Below are positions 1-11,600 of a stretch of 64,000 nucleotides of DNA, in pieces (position 1 is the stretch's first letter; the number at the start of each line of letters is the position of its first letter). The translations under genes were made by a program, and so were the position numbers. Origin of the DNA: Cyanophora paradoxa CCMP329. Its lineage: Eukaryota > Plantae > Glaucophyta. The notes beneath the pieces were generated by a model. The model had not been told where the DNA came from and made no database searches. It worked only from the letters and a program-made list of their open reading frames with translations. The stretch spans positions 186,001 to 250,000 of the forward strand of contig QPMI01000560.1 of NCBI GenBank assembly GCA_004431415.1, written 5' to 3'.

Positions 1-247
1 CTGCCCAAGAATGGCTTTGGAATCGACGCGGCGCATGGTGAAGTTGCTGACACCACGGCGACGATCGAGCGATCCGGCTTAGTCGCGGACGCGCATCCGC
101 TGAACTCGGATAGCGTGCGCTGAACGTGAATCCCGGGTGATCTGGATGCAATCCCAAGCGGCCAGCGATCAGGGCGAACGTAGGATGTCGTACCCGGACC
201 GCGCCATCCCCCCCTCCAAAACTCGCCCTCAGCCCGAAGGCCCCGCG

Positions 248-1695
248 ATGCTGGCGCTCCGCAGCATTGCTCGTGCCGCATCGGCGGCGCGGCTGGCGGC
301 CCCCGCACACCCGCGCGCCGTAGTTGTCCAGCCGCGGCGCTGGTCGACGGCTCCACCCACGGGAACACCGCCGCCGTCGGGCGAGAGCGGTCCGTCCTCG
401 TCGTCCGCACGTAAAGACGCCGTTGCGTCGAAGGTCCGGGCGATGTCGCCTGAGGAAGTGCTGGTTCGCCGATTCCGCCACGCCATACACGGTCAGCCCG
501 TCAGCGCGGGCTCTGAGCGGCGCGCGCAGGTGCTCGACACGTACTCGCCGCGGGAGCTCCTCGAGCGCGGCAAGCGGATCATGGACGAGTTCAAGGCTCG
601 CGGGGAGAAGCCGCCGCCGCAGGACGTGCTGTTCGAGCGGATGCTGCACGACATCATGCTGGAGCACAGGCGGAACCCCCGCGAGATCAAGTTGCCAAAG
701 GGCATCCCGATGCCGGGCGAGATGCCGCCGTTGCCGGAGGGCCTGGAGACTCTGACCGCGGACACGCGGTTCGCGAAGGAGGTGGAGACGCGCCTGCAGA
801 GGGCGCTGGACCTCGAGATGGCCGACATGGCCAAGCGGAAGCAGGCCGGCGGGGCCGTGCCCGCCTCGGGCCCCTCGGCGGGCGGCCCCGCCTCGGGCCC
901 CTCTGCGGCCCCGCCCTCCGGAGAGGCCGGGGCCCTCGGGGCGGCGCCCCCGCCCGATCGCGAGCTCGACGAGGCTTTCGCGTGCGCCGCGCCGCCGCCC
1001 GCCCCCGCGCCGAGCCCCGCCCTCCGCCCGACCGCCCCCGCGCAGCAAGCAGATGACCAAGCTCCTCGACCAGTACGAGGAGCGCTTCCGGGCGCGTGCC
1101 GCCCCGCCTCGCCGGCCGCTGGCGCGTGCTCGTCTGAAGGGGCGGGGCGCAGAAGGTGAACCCGGAGCGGCCGGGGCTTGACAGGTGGCTCTCCACCCTC
1201 TTCTTCCTCTCCGTCTGCGGCTTCTTCCTCTACGACGGCCCGCCCCGCCGCCCCCGCGCCCGGGGCCCCGCCCCGATGCGGGCGCTGAGGCGGGGCGGGG
1301 CAGGCTTCGAGCGGTGGAGGAAGCACGAGCTGTGGAAGTGGCACGCGAACAACAGGATCAAGGAGCTCTCCGAGTACGCGGCCGGGGGGCAGGCGGCGGT
1401 GCGCGGCCCCTCCGCGTCGCCTTCTCGTCTCTTCCGGCCCCTGAGGCGGCGGGGGCGGGGGCAGAGGGAGGAGTTCCTGGCGGGGGCGCCGGCGCTGGCG
1501 CGGGCGCTGGCGGCCGAGCCCAGCGCGGAGCGCCAGGAGGCCATCCTCCGCGCCGCCATCGACCGCGCCTTCCCGCCCGCCCCCGCCCCCACCCCCATCC
1601 CCTCCCTCGACGCCTCTGCGCCCCCGTCTCCGCCCGCCCCGTCTCCGCCCGCCCCCGCCCCCTCGAGCGCTGCCCCCCCCGCCCGTGCGAGCTGA
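248..1695 (+). CDS. Unknown protein with putative mitochondrial presequence and one TM helix (spliced)
   Basis: ATG at 248 gives an Arg/Ala/Ser-rich, acid-free N-terminus (MLALRSIARAASAARL...). Short introns join exons that include the hydrophobic WLSTLFFLSVCGFFLYD. Stop at 1693-1695. Confidence 0.55.
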
Positions 1696-1992
1696 TTACG
1701 ACCGCGTCAGAGCCCCGTTGAATCCTAGATTTGAAGCCTGCGATGGGGTAGAGACCATCGGTTGGGAGGGGGGTAGGGGGCAGTTGAACTCGCCGCGAAG
1801 CTGCTCGCTGGACTTGAGTATAATCGAGTACGACGGCCCACACGAAGCACAGCGCACGCGGCCATTTCGAATTCCAGCTCCGCGCTCGAGCTCGCAGGCA
1901 GACTTCGGACTCGGCGCAGCTCGGCCTCTGCAGCAGCATTCGCCGAGTCGTACTTAAGCTGCCGCTTTCCCAGCTAGCTAAACCGCTCCCCG

Positions 1993-3564
1993 ATGGATCT
2001 CGGCCTCAAAGACGTGCACGTGCTGATCACGGGGTGCGAATGAGCGCCAGGGCGCGCCGTCGCGGCCAGCCGATCGCGACCGTCGCCAGCGCGCGCGCGC
2101 CCGCGCACGTGCATGTGCCTGGCCAACGTTTCGAGCGCCGGCGCCCGCAGAGCTAGCGGCGGCATCGGCATCGAAACAGCACACGCGTTCTTGGCGCAAG
2201 GCGCTAAGGTCAGCGCGCACTACAACACGCAGGTCCGTGTCGCGCCGCCGTCGGCGCGTCTCGCGCGTCCGCCTGGCCCTGATCATGACCGCGCGGGCGC
2301 TCAGATCGGGGAGCTGGGGGCGTTGGAGGAGCGGTACGGGCCGGGGCGGGTCTACGCGGTCAAGGCGGACGTACGGAGCGAGGCGGAGGTGCAGCAGGCG
2401 CTCGACGCCGCCTCGGCGAAGCTCGGGCCCGTCCAGGTCTGCCCTGCCCCGCGCACGCTGCCCGCCTGCACGCCCACGGCTCGCGCGCGCGTCTCCCTGC
2501 AGGTTCTCGTGCTCAACCACGGTGCGGCCGTGGCGCGGCGAAGGGCACGCGCGCGGGGCCGCCATTGCGGGGCGCCCCCCGCGGCCGGCTCACGTCCGCG
2601 CGCGCGGGGGAAGGGATCTTCCCGGCGACGGACGTGCTGCTGAAAGACATGTCACTCGAGCAGTGGCAGCGCACCCTCGACGTGCGCCCCGCCCCCCGCC
2701 CCGCCCCGCCCGGCGTCCCACCCCGCCCGGCTCTGCTCCTCGAACGATTTGATCATGACGCCGCGGTGGCCGCAGGTTAACCTCACGGGCTGCTTCCTCT
2801 TCGCGCGCGCCTTCATGCGGTGTGCTACGCCCTGCAGGAGGGCCCCTGGCCCCCGAGGCAGCACGCCATGACCCCGGCCTGGGCCTGGGGCGGCGGGGAG
2901 CAGGCAGGTGACGGGGGAGATGAGCAACGTGGCGGTGGTCCTCATCGGCTCCACCAGCGGTCTCTTCGGGGAGGTCGGCCACGCCGACTACAGCTCCACC
3001 AAGGGCACGCACGCCCGCCCCCCGCCCCCTTAGCCGGCCCCCGAGGCCCCGTGACGACCCCCGCAGCCGCCCTGCACAACGGCTTCATGCGGACCCTCAA
3101 GAACGAGGCGCGCCGGGGCCCCCGGGCGCCCCGCGATCGACGTCGGAAAGCTGAGGCCGGCGCAGATCTACCACGTGAACCCGCGGGGCCGCGTGAACAC
3201 CGTGGCTCCCGGCTGGGTCCTCACCAAGATGGCCGAGGAGGCGCGCCCTCGCGATCGCCCTCCCCGCCCAACCGCGAGAGGCTCGAGCGGGGCGGGGGCG
3301 GCAGGCTGTGGGGCGGGACCCCGGGGTGCTGGACCGCGCCTGCTGCACCATCGCCATGCGCAAGGTCGCCGCCCCCGCCGACGTCGCCGTCCGCCCGTAC
3401 CCCCCAACCCCCGTGGAAGCTGCGAGGCGCCTCCGAGCTCCCCGCAGAACGCGGTGCTCTTCCTGGCGTCGGGTCGGGCGGCGGGGCACGTCTCGGGGAC
3501 CGTCCTCGAGGTCACGGGGGGGATGGAGGGCCGCCTCCTCCACCCCCCGGCCGCCCCCTCCTAG
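1993..3564 (+). CDS. Short-chain dehydrogenase/reductase (SDR), 10 introns
   Basis: Spliced product reads MDLGLKDVHVLITGASGGIG (TGxxxGIG), ADVRSE, VLNHG, VNLTG, IGSTSG, YSSTK (YxxxK), RVNTVAPGWV, GHVSGTVLEVTGG. Confidence 0.9.
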
Positions 3565-3650
3565 CTGGGGCGCCTTCGAATCCGTTCCCCTCCTCTCCCC
3601 CCTCCCCGCCTCTCCAGCCCTCTCGCTCGAATCGGCGTCCACTCCCTCTT

Positions 3651-5457
3651 TCAACTCACGGGAGGGAGGGGCGGCGGCGCATGCCGGGAAGGGGCAGGTC
3701 GGTGGGCAGGAGGGCGGCCCCCTGGGGGGCCGGCGGGGGCGTCGGGGGCTGCCGCCTGTGGCCCCGGCGGGGGCGGGGCGGGCCCGGGGGCGTGTGCGGC
3801 GCCCCGAGGGCCTCGCGGTAGGAGCGGGGCGGGGCCGGCGGGGCCGCCGCCGCCGCCGCCGCCATTGCCGCCGCGAGGAAGCTCTCCGCGGGGGCGTCCC
3901 CGGCACCGGCGAGAGCGCCGGCGCCCGCTGCGGCCCCCGCGCCCCGGGCGGCCCCTGCCCAGCGGGGAGCGGGGCGGCCTGGCGGCGGGGAGCGGGGAGG
4001 GGCGGCCCGGGGCGAGGCCTCTCCCAGGAAGTCCTTGAGGCTCATGCGGCGCGGCGCCGCCCGGGGTGTCCCATGCGGCGGCCCGCCCCGGGAGGGCGGG
4101 GTCTTCGCCTGGGCCGGGGTCGTGGGCGTTGCGGCCCGCTCGGAGGCGCTGCTGGCGGCGGGGAGCCCGGGGAGGGGGCCGGGGAGCCCCACGCGGGGAA
4201 CCGGGAGAGGGGCCGCCAGGGGGACGCTGGAGTGCCGGCGCGCGAGCCGCCGCGTGAGGGCCCGCCCCGCCGCGGCGTCTCGAAGTCCGCGTCCTGCTGC
4301 GCGCGCGTGGGCCGCCGCCGGGCCCGCGCGGGCGCCGGCGGGGCTGGGGCCGCACCTCGGGCTCGGAGGGCCGGTGGCGGGGGAGGGGCGGGGGAGGGGG
4401 CCTCCTCGGGCAGGCTGCCCTCGAGCTCGGCGGCGCTGGCGGCGGAGGGCGTGCCGGCGCGCAGGTCCAGCGAGGCATCCGAGGCCGCCCCGCTGCTCTC
4501 CGGCGAGCGCGAGCGCCCCGCCGCCTCCCGCCCCTCCCGCCCCCCGCCCGCCCCCGGCCCCTGGCCCGCGCGCGCGTTAGGGACGGGCCCCTGGCCGGGA
4601 AGGGGCACGCACGAGGGGCGAGGGGACGAGGAGGAGGGCGCCGCCGTGCGGGCCGCCCCCGGTCCAGTGCCATCCCACGTGCGCGTATATCGGCTGCGTC
4701 ATCGGCGCGCTCGCCGGCGGCCCCCGCGGTGCCCCGCCGTCCCAGCCCGGCAAGCACGCGATTGGCGGACGGCCGGCCGCAGGCGGCAGGCCGAAGGGGC
4801 TCAGCGAGCTCAGCGGGCCCAGCTGCAGCTGCAGCGGGCTCGTCGCGATCGGCGGCAGCTCGAGGCTGAAGGCGGGCGGCGTCGGGCAGCGCTGCCGTGA
4901 CCTCACATTCTCCTCTTGGAGCTTCGCCAGCGCCTGCAGAGCAGAAGGCAACATGTCACGGCGCGCGCTCGCGAGCTCGCGTGCCTGCGCATGCGCGCGG
5001 CGGACCTGCCGGGCCTTTTGGATGACGTCCGCGCGGTGCGTGCGCTCCGGCTCGACCCTCGTCTCTGAAAGAATGACTGCGGCGCGCTCCAAGCCGACAC
5101 GCGCCCGCGCTTCGTCGCGCGAGCTGATGAGCGCGGCGAGGAGCGATTCGTGCAAGAAGAGCCATTCTGCGGCCTGAGAGCCGCGCGAGATCAGCTCCCG
5201 AGCCTCCGATTCCATCGCAATGCGCTGCACGCGGCCGAGGATCGTCGAGAATCAGGGGCGTGCGCTGGCGGGAAGACCTTGGGGCTCACCTCGAGGGCCC
5301 GCGCGGCCTGCTCGACCTCGCAGACGCAGTGGAATACGTAACCGGAGAAACTGAAGCCGTCGCGAGGCGTGCAGCGGCCGTGGTGGAGCAGCTCGCAGGA
5401 AAGGTGGAGCAGCCTGCGGATCGCGCGCGCGCCCCGCCTTTCCATCTCAAAGCGCAT
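3651..5457 (-). CDS. Unknown Pro/Ser-rich protein (spliced; ends approximate)
   Basis: Protein-like exons (MRFEMERRGARAIRRLLHL..., EWLFLHESLLAALISSRDE, ALAKLQEENVRS) separated by intron-like segments, then a low-complexity tail. Confidence 0.4.
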
Positions 5458-5660
5458 GGAATGGATGTGTGTACGTGGGCGCAACACGCCAGCTCTCAAG
5501 CGCCGGGCGGCCAGTGAGGGGTAGAGTCTCAAAAGCTTCCTTGCTCGATCGGCCCCCCCCTGCCTGAGTCCGGCGACGCGCAAGCCCTCCGCGGACTCGC
5601 GGTCGCGTTACAGCGTGGTCAGGGACCCCCAGCGGCGTCCCGCGCACGAAAAGCGGCGCG

Positions 5661-8600
5661 ATGGGCGTTCGCGGACTTTCCACGTACTTGGAAAAGCAGG
5701 GCGATGCCATCGCAACGCAACTGGACCTTGCAGCGGTGCCGGACCCCCCGATCGCCCCCTCTGCCGAACTCCCCCCAGCCGCTCATACGCGTGTGTACAG
5801 GAGGCTGCCAAGGCACCTGGCGGCCTTGGCTTGATCATCGACCTCAACAACGTTGCCTACAACCTCGTCGCGGAGGCGGAGGTGAAGGCCGCGCGCGATG
5901 CGAAGGCGAGTCCCACCGCGGCGGTCATCCTGAACATCGCGGGCGGTGAGTCTATCGACGGCCGCCCCGGCCGCGCGCTGGTCTCTAGCTACGCGCGGTC
6001 GACGCGCGCGCGACGTCTGCGGCCTCCGCGCTGACGCGTCGGTCCGGTCCCATCGGAGTCAATCCCGTCTGACGCGTCGGTCCGGCAGGCGAGTACGATC
6101 TGATCGAGCAGCATGTCATCGAGTACTTCGGGCGGCTGTGCGCGGCGGGCATCAAGCCGCTGTGCTTCCTCGATCCGGCACAAGGGACGGACGAGGACGA
6201 GCGGCAGAAGTTCGACACGTGGGCGAGGCGGCACATGGACGACCGTATGCGCGCCCTCGAGGTGCAGAAGTGGTGCGCCACGGGCCGCGGCCTCGCCACG
6301 GCGGCCGGCGGGGGGCGGAACGGTGGCAACGGGGCGCGCCACTTCACGCTGCCGCCGCTCGCCATGCGGCAGGTCGTCCGCGCGCTGCAGCGCATGCAGG
6401 CGCGCCGCCCTCCCTCCCGCCCCCGCGGGATCGCATCCGCGCCGGCGTGACCGGGCGGGCGCAGATCCACGTGCGGATGTGCGTCGGGGAGGCGGACCTG
6501 CAGCTCGTGCACGAGATGCAGCGGCACAGCGCCTTCGCCGTCGTGCGCCCCGCGCCCGCCGCCGCCCTGGGCCCCGCGCTCACGGGCGCCGCCTCAGGTG
6601 AGCGACGACAGCGACTTCGCCGTGATCCGCGGGTCGCGCTGGATCCCCGCGCGGAGCCTGGCGGTGGGCGAGGCCGGCGTGCGGGCGGCGCTGGTGACGC
6701 CCGCCGCCGTCGCCAAGGCCCTCAACCTCTCCGAGGCCGCCCTCGCCGAGCTCGCCGCCGTCCGCCCCCGCCGCCCCCGCCCCGGCCCCCGCCGGCCCCG
6801 TAGACCTGACGGGCGGGGGGACACGCAGTTAGTGGGGAACGACATCACGGGGGCTGCTGTGGAGTCGCTGGGCGTGCTGCGGGCCGTCGGGGTCTTCGCA
6901 CCGTACGGGCGTCCCCAGGTCGAGGACGTCGCCCGCTGGATCCGCCAGATGCCCGCCCGCAGCGCCTCCACCTCCCCCGCCCTCCGCGGTCCGCCCCGCG
7001 CCCCGGCCCCGCGGCCCGCCCGCCCCGCGAGGCTCAGGCCGCGCAGACCTGCTGGCGGCGCACGGGGAGCTGCGGGAGGCCTGGCAGAAGTCGTCCCTCT
7101 TCTACGCCGGGCGCCTCCCCGCCGCCCCGCCCCTCCCGCCCCCGGAGCGGGACCGCTGGAGCGCCCTGGAGGAGGGCATGGCGGCGCTCATCCTGCCCGG
7201 GTACTCCCTCGCGGTCGCCCGCCACGGGCGCTACTGGTGCAGCCCGGCGGTGGAGTGCTGCGCGTGCGCCGACGGGGCCTCGCCGCTCTGCCACGAGCTG
7301 CTCGCGCCGCTGCGGCAGGTGGCCTACCGCCTCCTCGACCGCCGCGCCGTCGAGGAGCGCTCGGCCCCCGCCGGCGCGTGGGCCCTCGCCCCGCGCCTCG
7401 CCCCCGCGGCCGCCCCGGGGGCCCTCCCGCCCGCCGTGGAGGCCGCGCTCGCCGCCGTCCCCTCCGCCTGGCACGCCCTCCTGGAGTGCCACCGCGGCGG
7501 CCCCGCCCGCGCCCGCGCCCTCGCCGCCCTCTGCCACACCCACCTCCTCGCCCTCCCCGGCGCCCCCGCCGCCCTCCCCGAGCTCCCCGCCGGGCCCCTC
7601 GCCGCCCCGGCTCTTCTCCTCCGCTTCTTCCTCTCCCTCGTCCCCGCCCGCGGCATGGACCTCACGCCCCGCGAGTGGTCGGCCCTGCTCCTCACCGTCG
7701 CCGCCTGCGCGAGCCCCGCGGGGGGGCCCATACTCGAGCGCGCACGCCGGCAGCTCCTCGCCAACGCCGCCGCCGCCCTCTCCGCCGCCCCCGGGGCCCG
7801 CCGCCCGAGCTTCCGGAGCCTGCAGGTGGCGGCGCGCTGGCAGGCGTGCGCGGCGGCGTGCTCGGCCCTCGGGCAGCTGCTGTGCGAGCCGGCGTTCTTC
7901 GGCGAGCCGCGCTCTCTCTGGAGCGGCGCCGCCTTCCAGGCCTTCCTCGCCGACCCCCTCGCCCCGGGCATCCCCGACGACGTCCTCCGCGGCGCCGCCG
8001 CCCTGCGCGCCGCCGTCGCCGCCGGCTTCCCGCCGGGCGCGGGGGAGCACGGGTCGCCGCTGCGGGTGTTCCTGGTGGAGAGCGCGGCGGCGGTGTGGAT
8101 CCAGGACGAGTCGCCCTCGTCGGTGTACGCGGCGGCGCAGCACGGGGCCTGCTGGGAGGCCGTCGAGGCCCTCTGGGACGAGGAGGGCGACTCGTCCGCC
8201 CCTTCTTGCTTGCTCTCTCGCTTGTTCCTCACTTCCTCGCTCGCGCAGGGACGAGGACGTGGAGGCGATGCTGGAGGAGGCGGCGCGGGCGGGGCGCCCC
8301 GAGGGGGGGGGGGACGCTCTCCTCGAGCCGCCCCCCGAGCTCGCCCCCCCGGGGCCCCCGCCCGCCGCGGGGGACCGCCTCCCCATCGACGGCCACCGCG
8401 AGGAGATCGTCGAGTACATCCGCACGCACCGCGTCACCTGCATCCAGGGCGAGGCGCGCCCTCCCGTCCCATCCCTTCGGCCTTCGTCCTCTGAGCTGAT
8501 GCGATCCGGTCCCTCCAGACGGGCTCGGGCAAGTCCTCGCGGGTGCCCCTGTTCCTGCTGCAGGACGCGCGGGCGCTCGGGGAGCCCGTCAACATGGTCA

Positions 8601-11600
8601 TGACCCAGCCCCGCCGCATCGCCGTTCGCTGCCCCGCCCCCGCCCCCGCCCCGCCCCCCGCCTTCTCCCCGGCTCACGCGCCCCCTCCGCCCGCAGGCGA
8701 TGTCACTGGCGAAGCGCGTGGCGGACACGCTGGGCGAGGAGGTCGGCGGTGCGCGCCGCCGCCGCCTCTGCCGCCGCCGGCCGCCCCTCGGAGAAGCTTG
8801 CCTGCCGAGGAAGCGAGGACGACGCTTAACCTTCTTCTAGTATTTAGTCTTTCAGCCGAAACTTCAGCATAATTTGTTATGTGGTCACCTCCCAGCTCTC
8901 GCTGACCGCCGCGCCCGCGCGCAGGGACGGTGGGCTTCTGCGTGTCCCGCAACCGGAAGACCTCCTCCCGCACCCGCCTCACCTACGTCACCGGTCCCCG
9001 CCCCCGCCCCCACGCCCCTCCTCGCCGCCGTCTCACCGCCTTCCTGGCAGTGGGGTACCTGCTACAGCTGCTCTCGCACAAGCCCGAGGAGGCCTCGCGC
9101 TACACGCACGTCCTGCTGGTGCCCCCCGCCCCCCCCCCCTCCCCCCCCTCCCCTTCCCTCCGCCCTCCCCTCCGCCCCGCCCCTCCTCCCGCCGCCCCCG
9201 ACCCCCCGCGCAGGACGAGATCCACGAGCGGAACGTGGACGCGGACCTCCTCTCGCTCCTCCTCAAGGTCCTCCTCCGCGGCCACCCCTCCGTCAAGCTC
9301 GTCATCATGGCCCGCCCCGCTCCCCTTTGCTCTCATCTTTCTTCTTCGCCCCTCTTATCTTTCCTTGCAGTCGGCGACGCTGCAGGCGGACCTCTTCTCG
9401 CGGTACTTCGCGGAGCTCTCGCCGGACGGGGCGGCGCCGCCGCCCATCTTCGTCGGCGCCGCGCGCTTCCCCCTCGAGTTCCTCTACCTCGACACCCTCG
9501 CCGCCCGCTTCCCCAACCTCGCCGAGCCGGCCCGCCGCGCCGCCTCCCACTTCCCCCGCTCCGGCGCCCGCGCCCTCCCCTCCGACGGCGACGCCCGCCG
9601 CGCCGGCTTCTCGGGGCGGGCGGCGCGGGAGGCGGGGCGCCTGCCGAAAGCTGAGATCAAGCGGGAGACGTACGGGCTGGCGACGGCGCTGCTCGGGCGC
9701 ATCCTCCTCCCCGGCCAGACCGTCCTCGCCTTCCTGCCGGGCGTCGCGGAGATCGCCTCGCTGCAGACGAGCGTGCAGGAGGGCCTGCCGGGGGCGTCGG
9801 ACCCGGCGCGCCTCCACCTCGTCATCCTCCACTCGATGGTCTCCAAGGAGGAGCAGGAGGCCGCCTTCGCGCCCCTCGCCCCCGGCGTCGCCCGCCTCAT
9901 CCTCGCCACCAACATCGCCGAGTCCTCCATCACCCTCCCCGCCGTCCACTACGTGCTGGACTTCGGCCTGCACCGCCACCTCGTCCTCGACAAGGCCCGC
10001 GGCATCCAGTGCCTCACCCTCACCTGGTGCTCCCGCGCCTCGTGCAAGCAGCGGGCCGGGCGCGCGGGGCGGCTCTTCCCCGGCACCGTCGTGCGCTTCA
10101 TGCCGAAGGAGTTCCACGACACGGCCCTGGCGGACTTCGACGAGGCGGAGATGCTGCGGGTCTCCCTCGAGCACGCCGTCCTCCGCGTCAAGCTCCTCTT
10201 CGCCCGCTTCGGGACCGTCGCCGAGCTCCTGCGCCAGTCCGTCGAGTCCCCTTCGGCGGAGGAGGTCGCGTACGCGCTGGACGAGCTGCACCGGGCGGGG
10301 GCCCTCACGGGCGCCGGCGAGGCGAGCGAGGTGACGCTGTTCGGGCACCTCGCCGCCGTCATGCCGGTGGACCTGCACGTCTCCAAGCTCGTCCTCTACG
10401 GCCTGCTGCTCCACCGCGAGTGCGACGCGCTCTGCATGGCGGCGGCGATGAGCGTCCAGGACCCCTTCTCCCTCCCCATGATGCAGTACACCCCGGACAT
10501 CCGCGCCGTCCGCCCCTTCCGCTTCGCCCGCCCCGCCCGCTTCGCCCTTCGTGCAGCTCACCGGCCGCCGCGCCGCGCAGTACTGCGCCGACCTCGAGAA
10601 GAACTTTCGCGCCCGCATGCACTACGACGCCGGTGCGCCCGCGCGCGCGCCGCGGCCACCTCGCCCGCCCGCCCCGCCCCACCGCCGACGCCCTGAGCGT
10701 CGGGCAGGCGAGTACAGCGAGCTAATCGCGTACCGCAACCTCTGGATCGGTGGGCGGCCCGCCTTTGCCTCCGCCCCGCCCTACTTCGCCCCCCCAGCGC
10801 TGACGCGGGGGGCGGGGGCAGCGTGGACGCGGTCGCAGCGGTCGCGGGAGTGGGCCCACCGCGCCTCGGTCTCCTTCGAGCGGATGAAGGCCTTCGACGC
10901 GACGGTCGCCGACCTCGCGACGCACTTCATCGGCTTCCTCTCCCGCAACGGCGTCGACGTCGAGCGCCTCCCCGGCCTCCAGGCCATGTCCCAGCGCTGG
11001 CGCGACGACCCCGGTCCGCTTTATCCCAGCCCCGCTCAGCCCCCGCCTCGCCTCCGCTTAGGCTTCTCCCCTCAGACGGCGGCGGCTGGACGCGGGACGC
11101 CTTCGTGCCGGACACGCGCCCGCTGAAGGCGCTCCTCGCCCTCGCCTCCCGCCCGGGCCTCTTCCTCCGCGCCACCCTCCCCGAGGGCAAGAAGGTCGAC
11201 CGCCCGCTGCGCTCCATGCGCGAGCTCGGGCTCGACCCGGCGCGCACGCTCGTGGTGGGCGTCTCGGTGAACCGCCCCGGCGAGCTCGGCTCGGGCCGCC
11301 TCGCCCGCCTCCTCGGCGACCTCGTCGGCGTCGACGCCGAGCGCGTCGAGGCCGCCGGGCGCGACTCCCCCGGCTCCTACTTCCTCCAGCTCCGCGCCCC
11401 GGACCGCCCCCCCGGGGCCACCCAGCGCCAGGCCGGCCTCCTCGGCGCCCCGCCGCGGCTGCTGCAGCGGGGGCGGGACTCGCCGGTCGGGGGCGGCCGG
11501 CCGGCCTCGCCGGGGGCGCCGGCGCCCCCGCAGGGGGAGCTGCTGCGGGACCTGCCGCCCGACGGGAAGCTGCTGCGGCAGCTCACCGCGGGGCTCGCCT

